From positions 22,565-86,564 of the forward strand of contig JACPNJ010000001.1 of the NCBI GenBank assembly GCA_016185545.1: DNA of 64,000 nt, given 5' to 3'. The notes under the pieces were generated by a model. It worked only from the letters and a program-made list of their open reading frames with translations. It was not told where the DNA came from and made no database searches. Both the position numbers and the translations under genes were made by a program. This document shows, piece by piece, positions 18,521 through 28,512 of this stretch. The DNA comes from Candidatus Yanofskybacteria bacterium. Lineage in GTDB: Bacteria; Patescibacteriota; Minisyncoccia; 2-02-FULL-40-12; IGHO2-01-FULL-4-A. The first letter of the stretch is position 1. Every line of letters starts with the position of its first letter.

Positions 18521-19141
18521 ATGAGATATAACCACTTCAAGTTAAATAAATGCGAACTAAACTTATTCCGCAGGCTGAATACACCAAAAAAAATACAAGA
18601 TTTTCTGGAGGGCGTGCCAATTAATTTTGACCATAATAAAGACACCTGCGTGTCGCCGCGGGTTTTGCTTGAGAGAAACAAAGCGCACTGTATTGAGGCG
18701 GCATTTTTTGCGGCGGCGGTACTATGGTTTCATGGCCATCAACCGCTGCTTTTAGATTTGCAGGCCACAGCTGATGATTATGACCACGTGGTGGCGTTAT
18801 TTCGTCGCAATGGCTATTGGGGTGCGATAAGCAAGACAAATCATGCCGTTTTGCGCTATCGGGAGCCGGTTTATAGAAATATCCGTGAATTGGCAATGTC
18901 TTATTTTCACGAATATTTTGATGATAATGGCAAGAAGAACCTGCGCGCTTACTCCCGACCGTTTAATCTTGCCCGCCTTGGCAAGAGCTGGATTACTTCC
19001 GAAAAAGACCTGTGGCATATTGCTGAAGCGCTGGATGACTCGCCGCACCATAAGATACTTATACGCAGTATGATTGCCGGTCTTCGTCAGGCCGACTCGA
19101 CAGAAATCAAAACCGGTAAAATTGTACAGTACAAGAAATAA
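18521..19141 (+). CDS. transglutaminase-like cysteine peptidase-fold protein (hypothetical)
   Basis: Cys-His-Asp pattern ('KAHCIEAAFFAAAVL', 'DHVVALF', 'WGAISKTNH') typical of the transglutaminase-like superfamily; no closer assignment. Confidence 0.35.
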   Translation: MRYNHFKLNKCELNLFRRLNTPKKIQDFLEGVPINFDHNKDTCVSPRVLLERNKAHCIEAAFFAAAVLWFHGHQPLLLDLQATADDYDHVVALFRRNGYWGAISKTNHAVLRYREPVYRNIRELAMSYFHEYFDDNGKKNLRAYSRPFNLARLGKSWITSEKDLWHIAEALDDSPHHKILIRSMIAGLRQADSTEIKTGKIVQYKK

Positions 19142-19162
19142 AACAGTTGGCGTGTTTTTGTT

Positions 19163-19612
19163 TTATTTCTTAACTGCTAATAGCCACCTGACGGCTTCTT
19201 CGTCCCACCAGTTTTTGACAAAGTATTTAAGTGCATAACTGTGATTGGTGCCAAACCAAGTATCGTGGAAGTAGATTCTTTTGGAAGTAATTTTTTTGAT
19301 GATAGAGTAGTGGCTTTCCTTGTGGGTCGGTATCCAATAGGCGACAACGACCCAATGATTTTTCAGATACTTCTTAAGATCTTTGGCGGCGGCATGTTCT
19401 TTAACACGAAATTTGATGCCGTTTTTTCCCAAGAGCCGCAAAAGATTAACGTTGCCGGTACCTCTTCGGGGAGTAGCCCGTAATTCCTTGACGATTTTTC
19501 TAATGTCCATTTTAGTATCATAATAGTGCAGTAAAATCCTTGCCACGGCAGGCCCGCAAGTCCAGTCATTTTTTTGTTTGTAGTCGTATCGGAGAAGAGT
19601 CAACATTCGCAC
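19163..19612 (-). CDS. papain-like (C39-type) cysteine peptidase domain protein
   Basis: 'KNDWTCGPAVARILL' resembles the catalytic Cys region of peptidase C39-like domains; a His lies downstream. Confidence 0.35.
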   Translation of the reverse strand: MRMLTLLRYDYKQKNDWTCGPAVARILLHYYDTKMDIRKIVKELRATPRRGTGNVNLLRLLGKNGIKFRVKEHAAAKDLKKYLKNHWVVVAYWIPTHKESHYSIIKKITSKRIYFHDTWFGTNHSYALKYFVKNWWDEEAVRWLLAVKK

Positions 19613-19920
19613 TATTTAATCAGTATCAAGAAAAGGGTGCAAGAATTGACCAATTCAAGGTTGTGTGGTATCAAAAAGTGAAAACTGTGCCGCCATTCTA
19701 ACTAAGTTTTCCACATTTGTAATTTCGCATCGTTTTGCTATACTTAAAATTTAGGATAATTTAGAAAATTAATTAGCTTCGCTGGGTCGTAGCGGAGCGG
19801 TAAAATAAAGTTAAACGCATTTAGTTTTAAAAATAATTGTGATGGTTTAAACCCATCTCACACAATAACGGGCAGTTTTTCTCGGCTGAATAGCAGGGGT
19901 AAACTGTTCAAAAAACATAT

Positions 19921-20646
19921 ATGAATTTTAGAAAAAATACGGTAATTTATTCTACAATTTTAGCCCTTGCGGTTTTTGGACTTCTTGGGTGGTCCTTGGC
20001 AATAAACAGGGGCGGAGATGTAAGAGCTGACGATGATAACGATACGAAGGTTGATGAAGAAACATTGGAAGACCTCTATGAGTCCGTTTTCCATCGGCCG
20101 GCTGACGCCGGCGGCAAGGCATTTCACCGCGGCCGTAAGTTGAAAGATGTCCTAAGGGATTTTAAGAATTCCCAAGAAATGAGATATTACGGAGCTTTGT
20201 TCAAGGCGGTAAAATCATACGAAGAGGCCCAGCGCGCACCGGGTGCGTTAACCGAAGCAGAAAAACAGAGCCACCTGGACCTTATTGACTCTGCTTTGTC
20301 TAGCTTGCTTGCTTGGGTCGCGACTTTGCCTGACCAGGATGCATGTAAAGCAACAGTCGGCGCCATTGAGGCCAGAGATGCCATTCAAGCTGCTTATGAC
20401 GGTATGAGTCCGGTTGCAAGAGCTGCCGCGGAAAAGGGAATTTTTAAGGCCCTCAAGGAATTGGGCAAACCAAAAAATCTCACTGTACATTCGAAGTGCT
20501 TGAGAACGCCAACCCCATTAAAATCTGTGTCGCCGTCCGCATCGCCGACGGCCAGCCCAACTGCAACACCGACACCAACCGTTACTCCAACAGCTACGCC
20601 AACTCCTACAGCCACACCGACAGCAACTCCGACCCCCACTACTTAA
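19921..20646 (+). CDS. secreted/membrane-anchored protein with DUF4214-like region and C-terminal Pro/Thr/Ala-rich low-complexity tail
   Basis: N-terminal TM/signal segment. 'LYESVFHRPADAGGKAFH' resembles DUF4214. The tail 'SPSASPTASPTATPTPTVTPTATPTPTATPTATPTPTT' is encoded by 20500-20640. Confidence 0.45.
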   Translation: MNFRKNTVIYSTILALAVFGLLGWSLAINRGGDVRADDDNDTKVDEETLEDLYESVFHRPADAGGKAFHRGRKLKDVLRDFKNSQEMRYYGALFKAVKSYEEAQRAPGALTEAEKQSHLDLIDSALSSLLAWVATLPDQDACKATVGAIEARDAIQAAYDGMSPVARAAAEKGIFKALKELGKPKNLTVHSKCLRTPTPLKSVSPSASPTASPTATPTPTVTPTATPTPTATPTATPTPTT

Positions 20647-20743
20647 TTGGACTGTTGCACTAATTAAAACAAAACTCCATGCCATACGGCATGGAGTTTT
20701 GTTTTTGCTGAGTTAATATTTATATTAAACTAATCTTCTCCAT

Positions 20744-21937
<1,194 letters not shown>

Positions 21938-21971
21938 TTATACTGCTTATTATGTTAAATTACTGCTACTT

Positions 21972-22664
21972 ATGCAAAAGGTAACTCTACAAGCGGAGAC
22001 GAGAAGTATAATCGGCAGACAGGTGAAGTCGCTAAGACGGCAGGGTTTTGTGCCAGCGGTGGTCTATGGGCACGAATTTAAGCCATTATCTATTCAAGTG
22101 CCGTTGAAGGATTTTGAGCGTGTTTACGCTGAAGCGGGGGAGTCAACGGTGGTTTACCTGAATGTTAACGGGCAAGACCATCCTACCATTATCCATGATA
22201 TTGTTCGCGATGCGCTAAGCGATAAGTTCTTGCACGCCGATTTTTACAAAGTACGATTGGACGAGAAAATAAGCGCCAAAATTCAACTTAATTTTATAGG
22301 CGAATCGCCGGCGGTTAAGGGTCTGGGCGGCATCTTAGTTAAAAACATATCAGAAATTGAAGTTGAAGGTTTTCCGCAGGATTTACCGCACCAGATTGAT
22401 GTTGATATTTCCGGCATGGCCGAGCTCAGAAGCCACATTCAAATCAAGGACCTGCCAATCTCAACCAAGCTTGAGGTTAAGGCCGAACCGGAAGCAATCA
22501 TAGCCCTTATTCAGGAGCCGATATCCGAAGAAGAATTAAAAGCCCAGCTTGAAACTCCAGCCGCGGCCGCGCCGGAAGATGTTGAGGTTATCAAGAAAGA
22601 GAAGCCTGAGGAGGAAGTCGCCGAAGAAACACCTGCCACTCCAGCCGAAAAACCAGAAAAATAG
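21972..22664 (+). CDS. rplY: 50S ribosomal protein L25 / general stress protein Ctc
   Basis: 'LQAETRSIIGRQVKSLRRQGFVPAVVYG' bL25 N-terminus, with an acidic C-terminal extension. Confidence 0.8.
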   Translation: MQKVTLQAETRSIIGRQVKSLRRQGFVPAVVYGHEFKPLSIQVPLKDFERVYAEAGESTVVYLNVNGQDHPTIIHDIVRDALSDKFLHADFYKVRLDEKISAKIQLNFIGESPAVKGLGGILVKNISEIEVEGFPQDLPHQIDVDISGMAELRSHIQIKDLPISTKLEVKAEPEAIIALIQEPISEEELKAQLETPAAAAPEDVEVIKKEKPEEEVAEETPATPAEKPEK

Positions 22665-22962
22665 CGCTCATCCCCTGCCAATTTTTATCAGGTGTCCTCG
22701 CAGTACAAATAATATGTTGATTTTCTCGTTTTTCTGTCAGGCGAAGTTTCTTGTGGGCGGTGCTTTAGCCCGCCCATAGAATCTCCTCTGATAAAAAAAT
22801 CGTACCCCTTACGCTCACCCAGCCCCACTTTTATTCTAAAAGTGGGGCTGGGTTCGCTCCGTCCCAATTTTCTTTATCAGCGAAAAACTTCAAAAATCAA
22901 CATTTATTTGTTACTACTCAAGCCAATTGATAAAAATTGACAGGGGCTCGCTCTAGTCTAAA
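22665..22962. mobile_element. MITE-like repeat family A, copy 1 (about 295 bp, TIR CCCCTGCCAATTTTTATCA, internal hairpin CCCAGCCCCACTTTT...AAAAGTGGGGCTGGG)
   Basis: Near-identical to 55015-55262 except for a 53-bp internal insertion and a different but still self-complementary central hairpin. The two ends are inverted repeats of each other. Confidence 0.5.
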
Positions 22963-23116
22963 ATTCAGCTTTTTCAAGTTTTTTATGCAAGATGTCTTGT
23001 CAGAATACCACACGCTATTGACACGCTATAGGTCTATATGCTAACCTATTTTTGATGCTAGGGAGTCTAAAAAGCTCCGGCAGGTTGATCTTTTACAATT
23101 GACTACGGAGGGGATA

Positions 23117-23794
23117 ATGAAAATAAAACATAATAGCGGAAGATATGAGTTAGTTGATAGAAATTCAAAAAAGTTTTGGGAAGCAACTTGGAAAGATAAA
23201 AAGGTAACCGTTCGCTTCGGGAGAATAGGAACGGTTGGACAAACTTTACGAAAAACTTTTTTTAATGACGTGTCTGCTAATAGTTATTTTCACGACAAAA
23301 TTGAGGAAAAATGTCGAAAAGGATATAAGCTTGTAGGCACTGCGACTTATCCTCAAAGTGATTCCAATTCCCTGGTAATCTGCCATTCATATGTTGGGGA
23401 GCATACTGAGGAGGTAGCCAAGGGATTATGTCGGTGGCTTACGAAATGTTTAAAGAAAAAAATGCCCGTCATAGAGTTCGAGAAGATTTGGATGGAATTC
23501 AGGGAAAACGATGAAGGAGCAAAAGCAGTTCCCGGCTTTACGATTGTATATGGAGAAAAAGAATACTGGTCAGATAATCTTGATTTTTCAGAAGACCTTG
23601 TTCTCGACAGTATATACAAAAAAGCCGTAGAGAAGGGGGCGGACAGGTTCATCACCTTCAACAGCAATGGTTTTACCGATATTGTGGCAATACGCGGAAA
23701 ACCGACGCCACGGGAAATTGCCACCTTGGTTCTGGGTTCAGAAGAAAATGCTAGATATCAGATCGAAGAAGACGTGACTGGTGTATTAAGTTAA
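23117..23794 (+). CDS. WGR-domain protein (hypothetical)
   Basis: N-terminal 'KFWEATWKDKKVTVRFGRIGTVGQTLRKTF' is a WGR signature (W-G-R with conserved spacing). GGAGGGG RBS before the ATG at 23117. C-terminal 150 aa are unassigned. Confidence 0.5.
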   Translation: MKIKHNSGRYELVDRNSKKFWEATWKDKKVTVRFGRIGTVGQTLRKTFFNDVSANSYFHDKIEEKCRKGYKLVGTATYPQSDSNSLVICHSYVGEHTEEVAKGLCRWLTKCLKKKMPVIEFEKIWMEFRENDEGAKAVPGFTIVYGEKEYWSDNLDFSEDLVLDSIYKKAVEKGADRFITFNSNGFTDIVAIRGKPTPREIATLVLGSEENARYQIEEDVTGVLS

Positions 23795-23819
23795 AATATT
23801 TCTAACAATTAGGTCGAGC

Positions 23820-23843
23820 AGAGCGAAGAATCGCTCTTTTTTA
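23820..23843 (+). terminator. rho-independent terminator after the WGR gene
   Basis: AGAGCGA-AGAA-TCGCTCT hairpin plus T6. A second hairpin (CCCAGCCGTAGTTTT...AAACTACGGCTGGG) lies at 23901-23935. Confidence 0.45.
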
Positions 23844-23964
23844 TTTGTTTGTCCGCACACAGCGAATCGAGTCCTATCAAAAATTACAAACCCTAATCCC
23901 AGCCGTAGTTTTAGCAAAAACTACGGCTGGGTGATTTTTATCACTTCGATAATGAATTACTGCT

Positions 23965-24135
23965 AAAAATTAGAGCGAGGCCATTATGCCTCATAGCACC
24001 GTCAAAAGAGTGGATTGCACGGTTTGCGAGCAGTACAATAGTAAAGCACTGCGAGCAAAATCCACGCTTTTGACGGAATGCAGAATTCTCGCTGGGAATT
24101 CAAATGGTGATAGGAGGCATAATGGCGAGCGGATA
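23965..24135. mobile_element. MITE-like repeat family B, copy 1 (about 170 bp, TIR GCGAGGCCATTATGCC / GGCATAATGGCGAGC, long internal hairpin)
   Basis: Second copy at 53378-53548 with the same termini and the internal CCGTCAAAAGAGTGGATT / AATCCACGCTTTTGACGG inverted pair. Confidence 0.5.
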
Positions 24136-24152
24136 ATTTTTGATGGGGCGAA

Positions 24153-24692
24153 CTAAAATTTGACGCTTTTTGCGTAGTCCTCCCATTTTTGGAGCTGGGA
24201 TGGAGTTAGTAATCTGGATTGTTCTATGAGTGTTTTGATATTTTCAAAATTAAAATCTATTTGAGCACCGGGTTTTAATTCATCAACTATTGTTTGGCTT
24301 AAAACGGTTTCTATGAAAACTTTCTGGCCGTTGGTCAAAGTTGTATTTGTGAATTTACCCAGATAACCGGCAAGGGCACGGCGGGTTAATTTTATTTTAC
24401 TGTCGCCAATTTGCGCCGTTTCGGTGATTTTAATTTCACTTATCAGTGCCTGCTGTTTTTGGCCATCAAGAAATGACCTGATTTGCGGTCCGCCGAATAG
24501 TAGGACGACAATTCCGAAAAACAGAGCATAGCGTGTTGTCCGGCAAAGCGTGCAATCGCCGCCGAAAATATATTTCTTAGACCACTTTTTTACCTTTACC
24601 CCCCAGCCGGGACCGAACTCAAAAACCGGACCGCTAAAAAATATTGGCTGTTGATGGTCGTGCCCAATCGACTTGTAATCGTGTTCTATCAT
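24153..24692 (-). CDS. hypothetical membrane protein
   Basis: One TM helix ('[12 protein letters not shown]'). 4-nt overlap with the prfA start suggests co-transcription. Confidence 0.35.
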   Translation of the reverse strand: MIEHDYKSIGHDHQQPIFFSGPVFEFGPGWGVKVKKWSKKYIFGGDCTLCRTTRYALFFGIVVLLFGGPQIRSFLDGQKQQALISEIKITETAQIGDSKIKLTRRALAGYLGKFTNTTLTNGQKVFIETVLSQTIVDELKPGAQIDFNFENIKTLIEQSRLLTPSQLQKWEDYAKSVKF

Positions 24693-25600
24693 TTGAGATT
24701 TTGAGCTAGTTCTTCAAATAGTGGATTCAGATGTCCATCAAGAATTTTTTGAATGTTACCCCAGCTTTTTTTAATGCGGTGATCGGTGATGCGATCTTGG
24801 GGAAAATTATAGGTACGGATTTTCTCGGCGCGTTCAGCAGAGCCGATCTGCTTGCGGCGTTCCTCGGTAATCACGCCGACTTCTTCCTGTTTTTTTATAT
24901 CCAATAGCTTGGAGCGCAAAATATCAAGGGCCAGTTCTTTATTTCGTGCTTGAGAACGTTCACGCTGGGAACTTACAACAATGCCTGTTGGTTTGTGGGT
25001 AAGGCGCACGGCAGTCGAAACTTTATTGACATTTTGGCCCCCGGGGCCGCCGGCGCGATACATGGTCATTTCTATGTCTTCCGGCTTGATTTCAATGTCT
25101 GTTTCCCGTGCTTTAGGTAAGACGGCAACGGTGGCGGTTGAGGTATGAACACGGCCGCTTTTTTCTGTTTCGGGTATTCTTTGAACACGATGCACACCCG
25201 ATTCATATTGCATTTTTTCGTAGACATCTCTGCCGGATAATTCAAAAATTATATTCTTGTAACCACCCAATGATGTTTGGCTATAATCCATTACATTAAA
25301 TTGCCAGCTCTGAAGCACGGCGTATTTTTTGTACATTTCAAAAAGTTTAGTAGCGAAAAGCGCCGCCTCTTCGCCGCCGGTGCCGGCACGTATTTCAACA
25401 ATGACTTCTGATCGGCCTTGCCCTAAACCTGCCAGACCTGAGCCAGCCGAGTGGGTCGGATGACTATCCGCCAATAGCCGTTCAATTTCCGCATATCTTT
25501 TAGACGCTTCAGCCACCCGCTTGTAATCTAAAACAAACTCGGGATCAACGAGTTGTTTTTGGATTTCATCAAGTTCTTTTTTGAGGTTTTCTGGGATCAT
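24689..25600 (-). CDS. prfA: peptide chain release factor 1 (short form)
   Basis: GGQ motif '[23 protein letters not shown]' and the RF1-type tripeptide region 'RVQRIPETE...GRVHTS' (PxT, not SPF). Confidence 0.75.
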   Translation of the reverse strand: MIPENLKKELDEIQKQLVDPEFVLDYKRVAEASKRYAEIERLLADSHPTHSAGSGLAGLGQGRSEVIVEIRAGTGGEEAALFATKLFEMYKKYAVLQSWQFNVMDYSQTSLGGYKNIIFELSGRDVYEKMQYESGVHRVQRIPETEKSGRVHTSTATVAVLPKARETDIEIKPEDIEMTMYRAGGPGGQNVNKVSTAVRLTHKPTGIVVSSQRERSQARNKELALDILRSKLLDIKKQEEVGVITEERRKQIGSAERAEKIRTYNFPQDRITDHRIKKSWGNIQKILDGHLNPLFEELAQNLK

Positions 25601-25628
25601 GGGATTATTCGAGAATTAGGATCGGCTA

Positions 25629-25877
25629 TTATTTTTTAATACGAGGTTTTTTAACGGCTTTGGTTTTGATCGCTTCTTCTGACTTAGTCATCCTCTTTTT
25701 GAATTTCTCAACTCGGCCGCGAGTATCAAGCATCTTCTCCTTCCCAGTATAAAAGGGATGGCAATTACTGCAAATTTCCACGCTAATCTCCGGCATCGTT
25801 GAGCCGGTAGTCCACTTATTCCCGCACGCGCAATGTACTTTAGCCTCGTAGTATTTTGGATGAATATCGTTTTTCAT
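25629..25877 (-). CDS. rpmE: 50S ribosomal protein L31
   Basis: '[27 protein letters not shown]' with the CxxC...CxxH zinc ribbon. Confidence 0.85.
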   Translation of the reverse strand: MKNDIHPKYYEAKVHCACGNKWTTGSTMPEISVEICSNCHPFYTGKEKMLDTRGRVEKFKKRMTKSEEAIKTKAVKKPRIKK

Positions 25878-25944
25878 TATTGTAATATTAACATATTTTA
25901 TTGGTTTTCCACAAGTGGTGGATGGGACTAGTTTTATTTGGTAC

Positions 25945-26170
25945 TAAAAATCAAAAAGTCCTGCTATTTTGCCAGGACTTTTTGATTGTGGACCCGACGG
26001 GGCTTGCACCCGCTTCGTTACGTGTCAATGGTAACATGTTACTCCATACACCACGGGCCCGGATCCACATTCGCGAGCTTAAAACAAAAAGAGCCCTTTT
26101 GCAAAGGCCCTATTTGTTGACACGTAACTTTTGCCCGTGTATTGCACAGAGCAAGTTACCATTGAGCCCA
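25945..26170 (-). ncRNA. candidate structured RNA (unclassified) ending in a terminator hairpin
   Basis: Nested long-range pairings: CGTTACGTGTCAA / TTGACACGTAAC and CAATGGTAAC / GTTACCATTG. On the minus strand it ends with AAAAAGTCCTG-GCAAAATAG-CAGGACTTTTT plus a U-run (25953-25985). No protein signal. Confidence 0.2.
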
Positions 26171-26356
26171 TTATAGCAAACCCAAATATTATGTCAATTG
26201 TTTGTGGATAACCAAAATACTGAGAATAACTCGGTTTTTTTACTCCCAGGGGGTGGGGAATTAAAAGACAAAGTGTTAGATATTTTTGGAAATTTCTGGA
26301 GTTTCTATAAATAAGCTCTAGAAATGAGCCATAGCAATAACTGATGCCTTTCTTTA

Positions 26357-27160
26357 CTTAGAGGCTCAGCCTCTAAGTAACCAACAACTTACAATTTTTG
26401 CCGAGACACCTCGGCTTTTATTTTACTTTCGCCGCACAGGTTACTTAGAGGTTGAGCCTCTAAGTAACCTGTGCTATAAGTTTAATCTATGAGAAAACTT
26501 CAATTTGAAAATGGAGAGTTTTATCACATATACAACCGGGGCAACAATAAAAGGCCTATTTTTATGAAATCTTTTGATTTGCAGAGATTTTTGCAAAGTA
26601 TGATTGAATTCAATGTAGATGGACCAATCGGAAGTATTTATGCCGTTTCTTTCAACAAAGAATCACTTAGAGGCTCAGCCTCTAAGTCGAGACGACCAGT
26701 TGATATTGTTTGTTATTGCCTAAATCCTAACCATTTTCATCTTTTAGTTAGACAGTTGGAAAACGATGGAATTAAGAATTTTATGCATAAATTAGGAACT
26801 GGATATACAATGTATTTTAATAATAAACACGAATTGAACGGTGGACTTTTTCAGGGGAGATATAAAGCAATTCACATAGATACAAATGATTATCTGTTGT
26901 ATTTAAGCGCTTATATCAATTTAAATCCTGAAGCCCATCAACTTAGAGGCTCAGCCTCTAAGTTGTGCCAATCAAGTTGGAATGAATATATCGGTGATAA
27001 ATCTAGCAAGGGTAAATTGTGCAATACCAGGATTGTATTGTCGCAGTTTGAAACCGTGGAGGGTTATAAAAAATTTGCCGAAAAGGCGCTCGGGGTGATT
27101 ATAGAGAAAAAAGAGATGGAAGAATCCCTGAAGCTTTTACTTAGAGGCTGAGCCTCTAAG
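26357..27160. repeat. REP-like 21-bp palindrome CTTAGAGGCT(C/G)AGCCTCTAAG, five copies (26357-26377, 26444-26464, 26666-26686, 26942-26962, 27140-27160)
   Basis: Exact or 1-mismatch copies read from the sequence. Copies 3 and 4 lie in frame inside the RAYT ORF (LRGSASK). Copy 5 contains the ORF's TGA stop. Confidence 0.7.
26489..27151 (+). CDS. REP-associated tyrosine transposase (RAYT) / IS200-like HuH Y1 transposase
   Basis: 'GEFYHIYNRGNNKRPIF' N-terminal RAYT motif, HuH motif 'NHFHLLV' and catalytic tyrosine context 'GGLFQGRYKA'. Confidence 0.75.
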   Translation: MRKLQFENGEFYHIYNRGNNKRPIFMKSFDLQRFLQSMIEFNVDGPIGSIYAVSFNKESLRGSASKSRRPVDIVCYCLNPNHFHLLVRQLENDGIKNFMHKLGTGYTMYFNNKHELNGGLFQGRYKAIHIDTNDYLLYLSAYINLNPEAHQLRGSASKLCQSSWNEYIGDKSSKGKLCNTRIVLSQFETVEGYKKFAEKALGVIIEKKEMEESLKLLLRG

Positions 27161-27294
27161 TGGCTATGGGCGCTTGCTTGGCGCTTTAAATTTTGTTATT
27201 ATTCTCAGCATGTCAGAAGTTAGTAGTACAACCCCGTTAGATATTTACGTTGTTAAGCAAACTAACGAGGTTAAATCGGGCATATTGTTAATTT

Positions 27295-28047
27295 ATGGAA
27301 ACCGCGACAAAACAATCTATATCTAACGGGGCAGGCCAATTTTTGCCGGCTTATGAAGATATGGTTAAATCCGGAATGCATTTTGGGCGGAAAAAGACGA
27401 TTTTTCATCCCAATATGAAGCCCTACGTCTATACACTCAAGGACAATATCTATATTTTGGATTTGATTAAAACGACCGATTCGCTTATTAAAGCTATAGA
27501 TTTTCTGAAAAAAGCAATTGTCGAAGGCAAAATGATTTTATTTGTCGGTTTGACCAAGCAGTCAGCTGAAACGACTAGAACAGCCGCCGAAGCATTAAGT
27601 ATGCCTTACGTTATAAATCGCTGGTTAGGCGGGACGCTGACCAACTTCAAAACCATTATTGGTCGGGTAAAGTATCTGGAAGATCTTGAAAAAAAGCAGA
27701 CAGATGATGGTTTTGAAGGATTTACTAAAAAAGAGAAGATATTAAAAGAAAGAGAAATCGCCGCCTTGCGGCTTAAATTTGACGGTATTCGCAAGCTGAC
27801 TCGCGTACCCGATATCATATTTATTACTTCGCTCAAAGAGAGCCAGTTACCCGTGCGTGAAGCCAAAAGAGCGGGGGTTAAGGTGGTAGGCATAGTGAAT
27901 ACGGACAGTGATCCCAAACAGATAGATTATCCGATTGTGGCGAATGACAATTCCAAGAAATCGGTGGAGTTGATATTGGAAGCAGTCAGGAAAGGAACTT
28001 CTGGCTACGAAGGTACGAATAAATACGAAAATACGAATGATTTGTAA
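27295..28047 (+). CDS. rpsB: 30S ribosomal protein S2
   Basis: 'MVKSGMHFGRKKTIFHPNMKPYVY', 'LFVGTKKQ'-like 'LFVGLTKQS' and 'VVGIVNTDSDP'; conserved S2 blocks. Confidence 0.85.
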   Translation: METATKQSISNGAGQFLPAYEDMVKSGMHFGRKKTIFHPNMKPYVYTLKDNIYILDLIKTTDSLIKAIDFLKKAIVEGKMILFVGLTKQSAETTRTAAEALSMPYVINRWLGGTLTNFKTIIGRVKYLEDLEKKQTDDGFEGFTKKEKILKEREIAALRLKFDGIRKLTRVPDIIFITSLKESQLPVREAKRAGVKVVGIVNTDSDPKQIDYPIVANDNSKKSVELILEAVRKGTSGYEGTNKYENTNDL

Positions 28048-28062
28048 TTTCGCAATAATACG

Positions 28063-28512
28063 ATGTCCGATATAGAACTGATCAAACAATTACGCGACTC
28101 TACCGGTCTTTCTTTTAATGAGATTAAACGTGCCTTGGACGAAGCCGATGGAGACAAATCGCGAGCACTGGAAGTGCTAAAAGCTCACGGTGTTAAAGTA
28201 GCCGAAAAGAAAGCATTGCGCGCAACCGGTCAGGGCAGGGTGGAGGCATACATCCATTCAAATAAAAAAGTCGGGGTTTTGGTGGAACTGTTGTGTGAGA
28301 CCGACTTTGTAGCGCACAATCCATTGTTTGGTGAATTGGCTCATGAAATAGCAATGCATGTCGCGGCAATGGATCCGAAAGACAATCGTGAATTATTGGG
28401 CCAGCCGTACATAAGGGATCAGGACATAACCATCGAACAGCTTATTACCCAACACATTGCTAAATTGGGCGAGAATATTAAAGTGGGGAAGTTTTGTAGG
28501 TTGCAGTTATAG
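28063..28512 (+). CDS. tsf: elongation factor Ts (short form)
   Basis: N-terminal UBA-like 'LIKQLRDSTGLSFNEIKRALDEADGDKSRALEVLK' and 'GVLVELLCETDFVA'. Directly follows rpsB as in the conserved rpsB-tsf operon. Confidence 0.8.
   Translation: MSDIELIKQLRDSTGLSFNEIKRALDEADGDKSRALEVLKAHGVKVAEKKALRATGQGRVEAYIHSNKKVGVLVELLCETDFVAHNPLFGELAHEIAMHVAAMDPKDNRELLGQPYIRDQDITIEQLITQHIAKLGENIKVGKFCRLQL

Noticed and set aside
20394-20639. 81-aa minus-strand ORF (MGVGVAVGVAVG...)
   Set aside because: Reverse-frame translation of the Pro/Thr/Ala codon repeats of the 19921-20646 gene.
25901-26176. 91-aa ORF overlapping the candidate structured RNA region
   Set aside because: No RBS and no family resemblance. 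The region has strong RNA-like dyad structure instead.
25945-26340. tmRNA / RNase P RNA / SRP RNA identity for the structured region
   Set aside because: Against the consensus motifs as I recall them, I saw no tmRNA acceptor/T-arm pair, no RNase P P4 consensus and no SRP domain IV motif. Left as an unclassified candidate.
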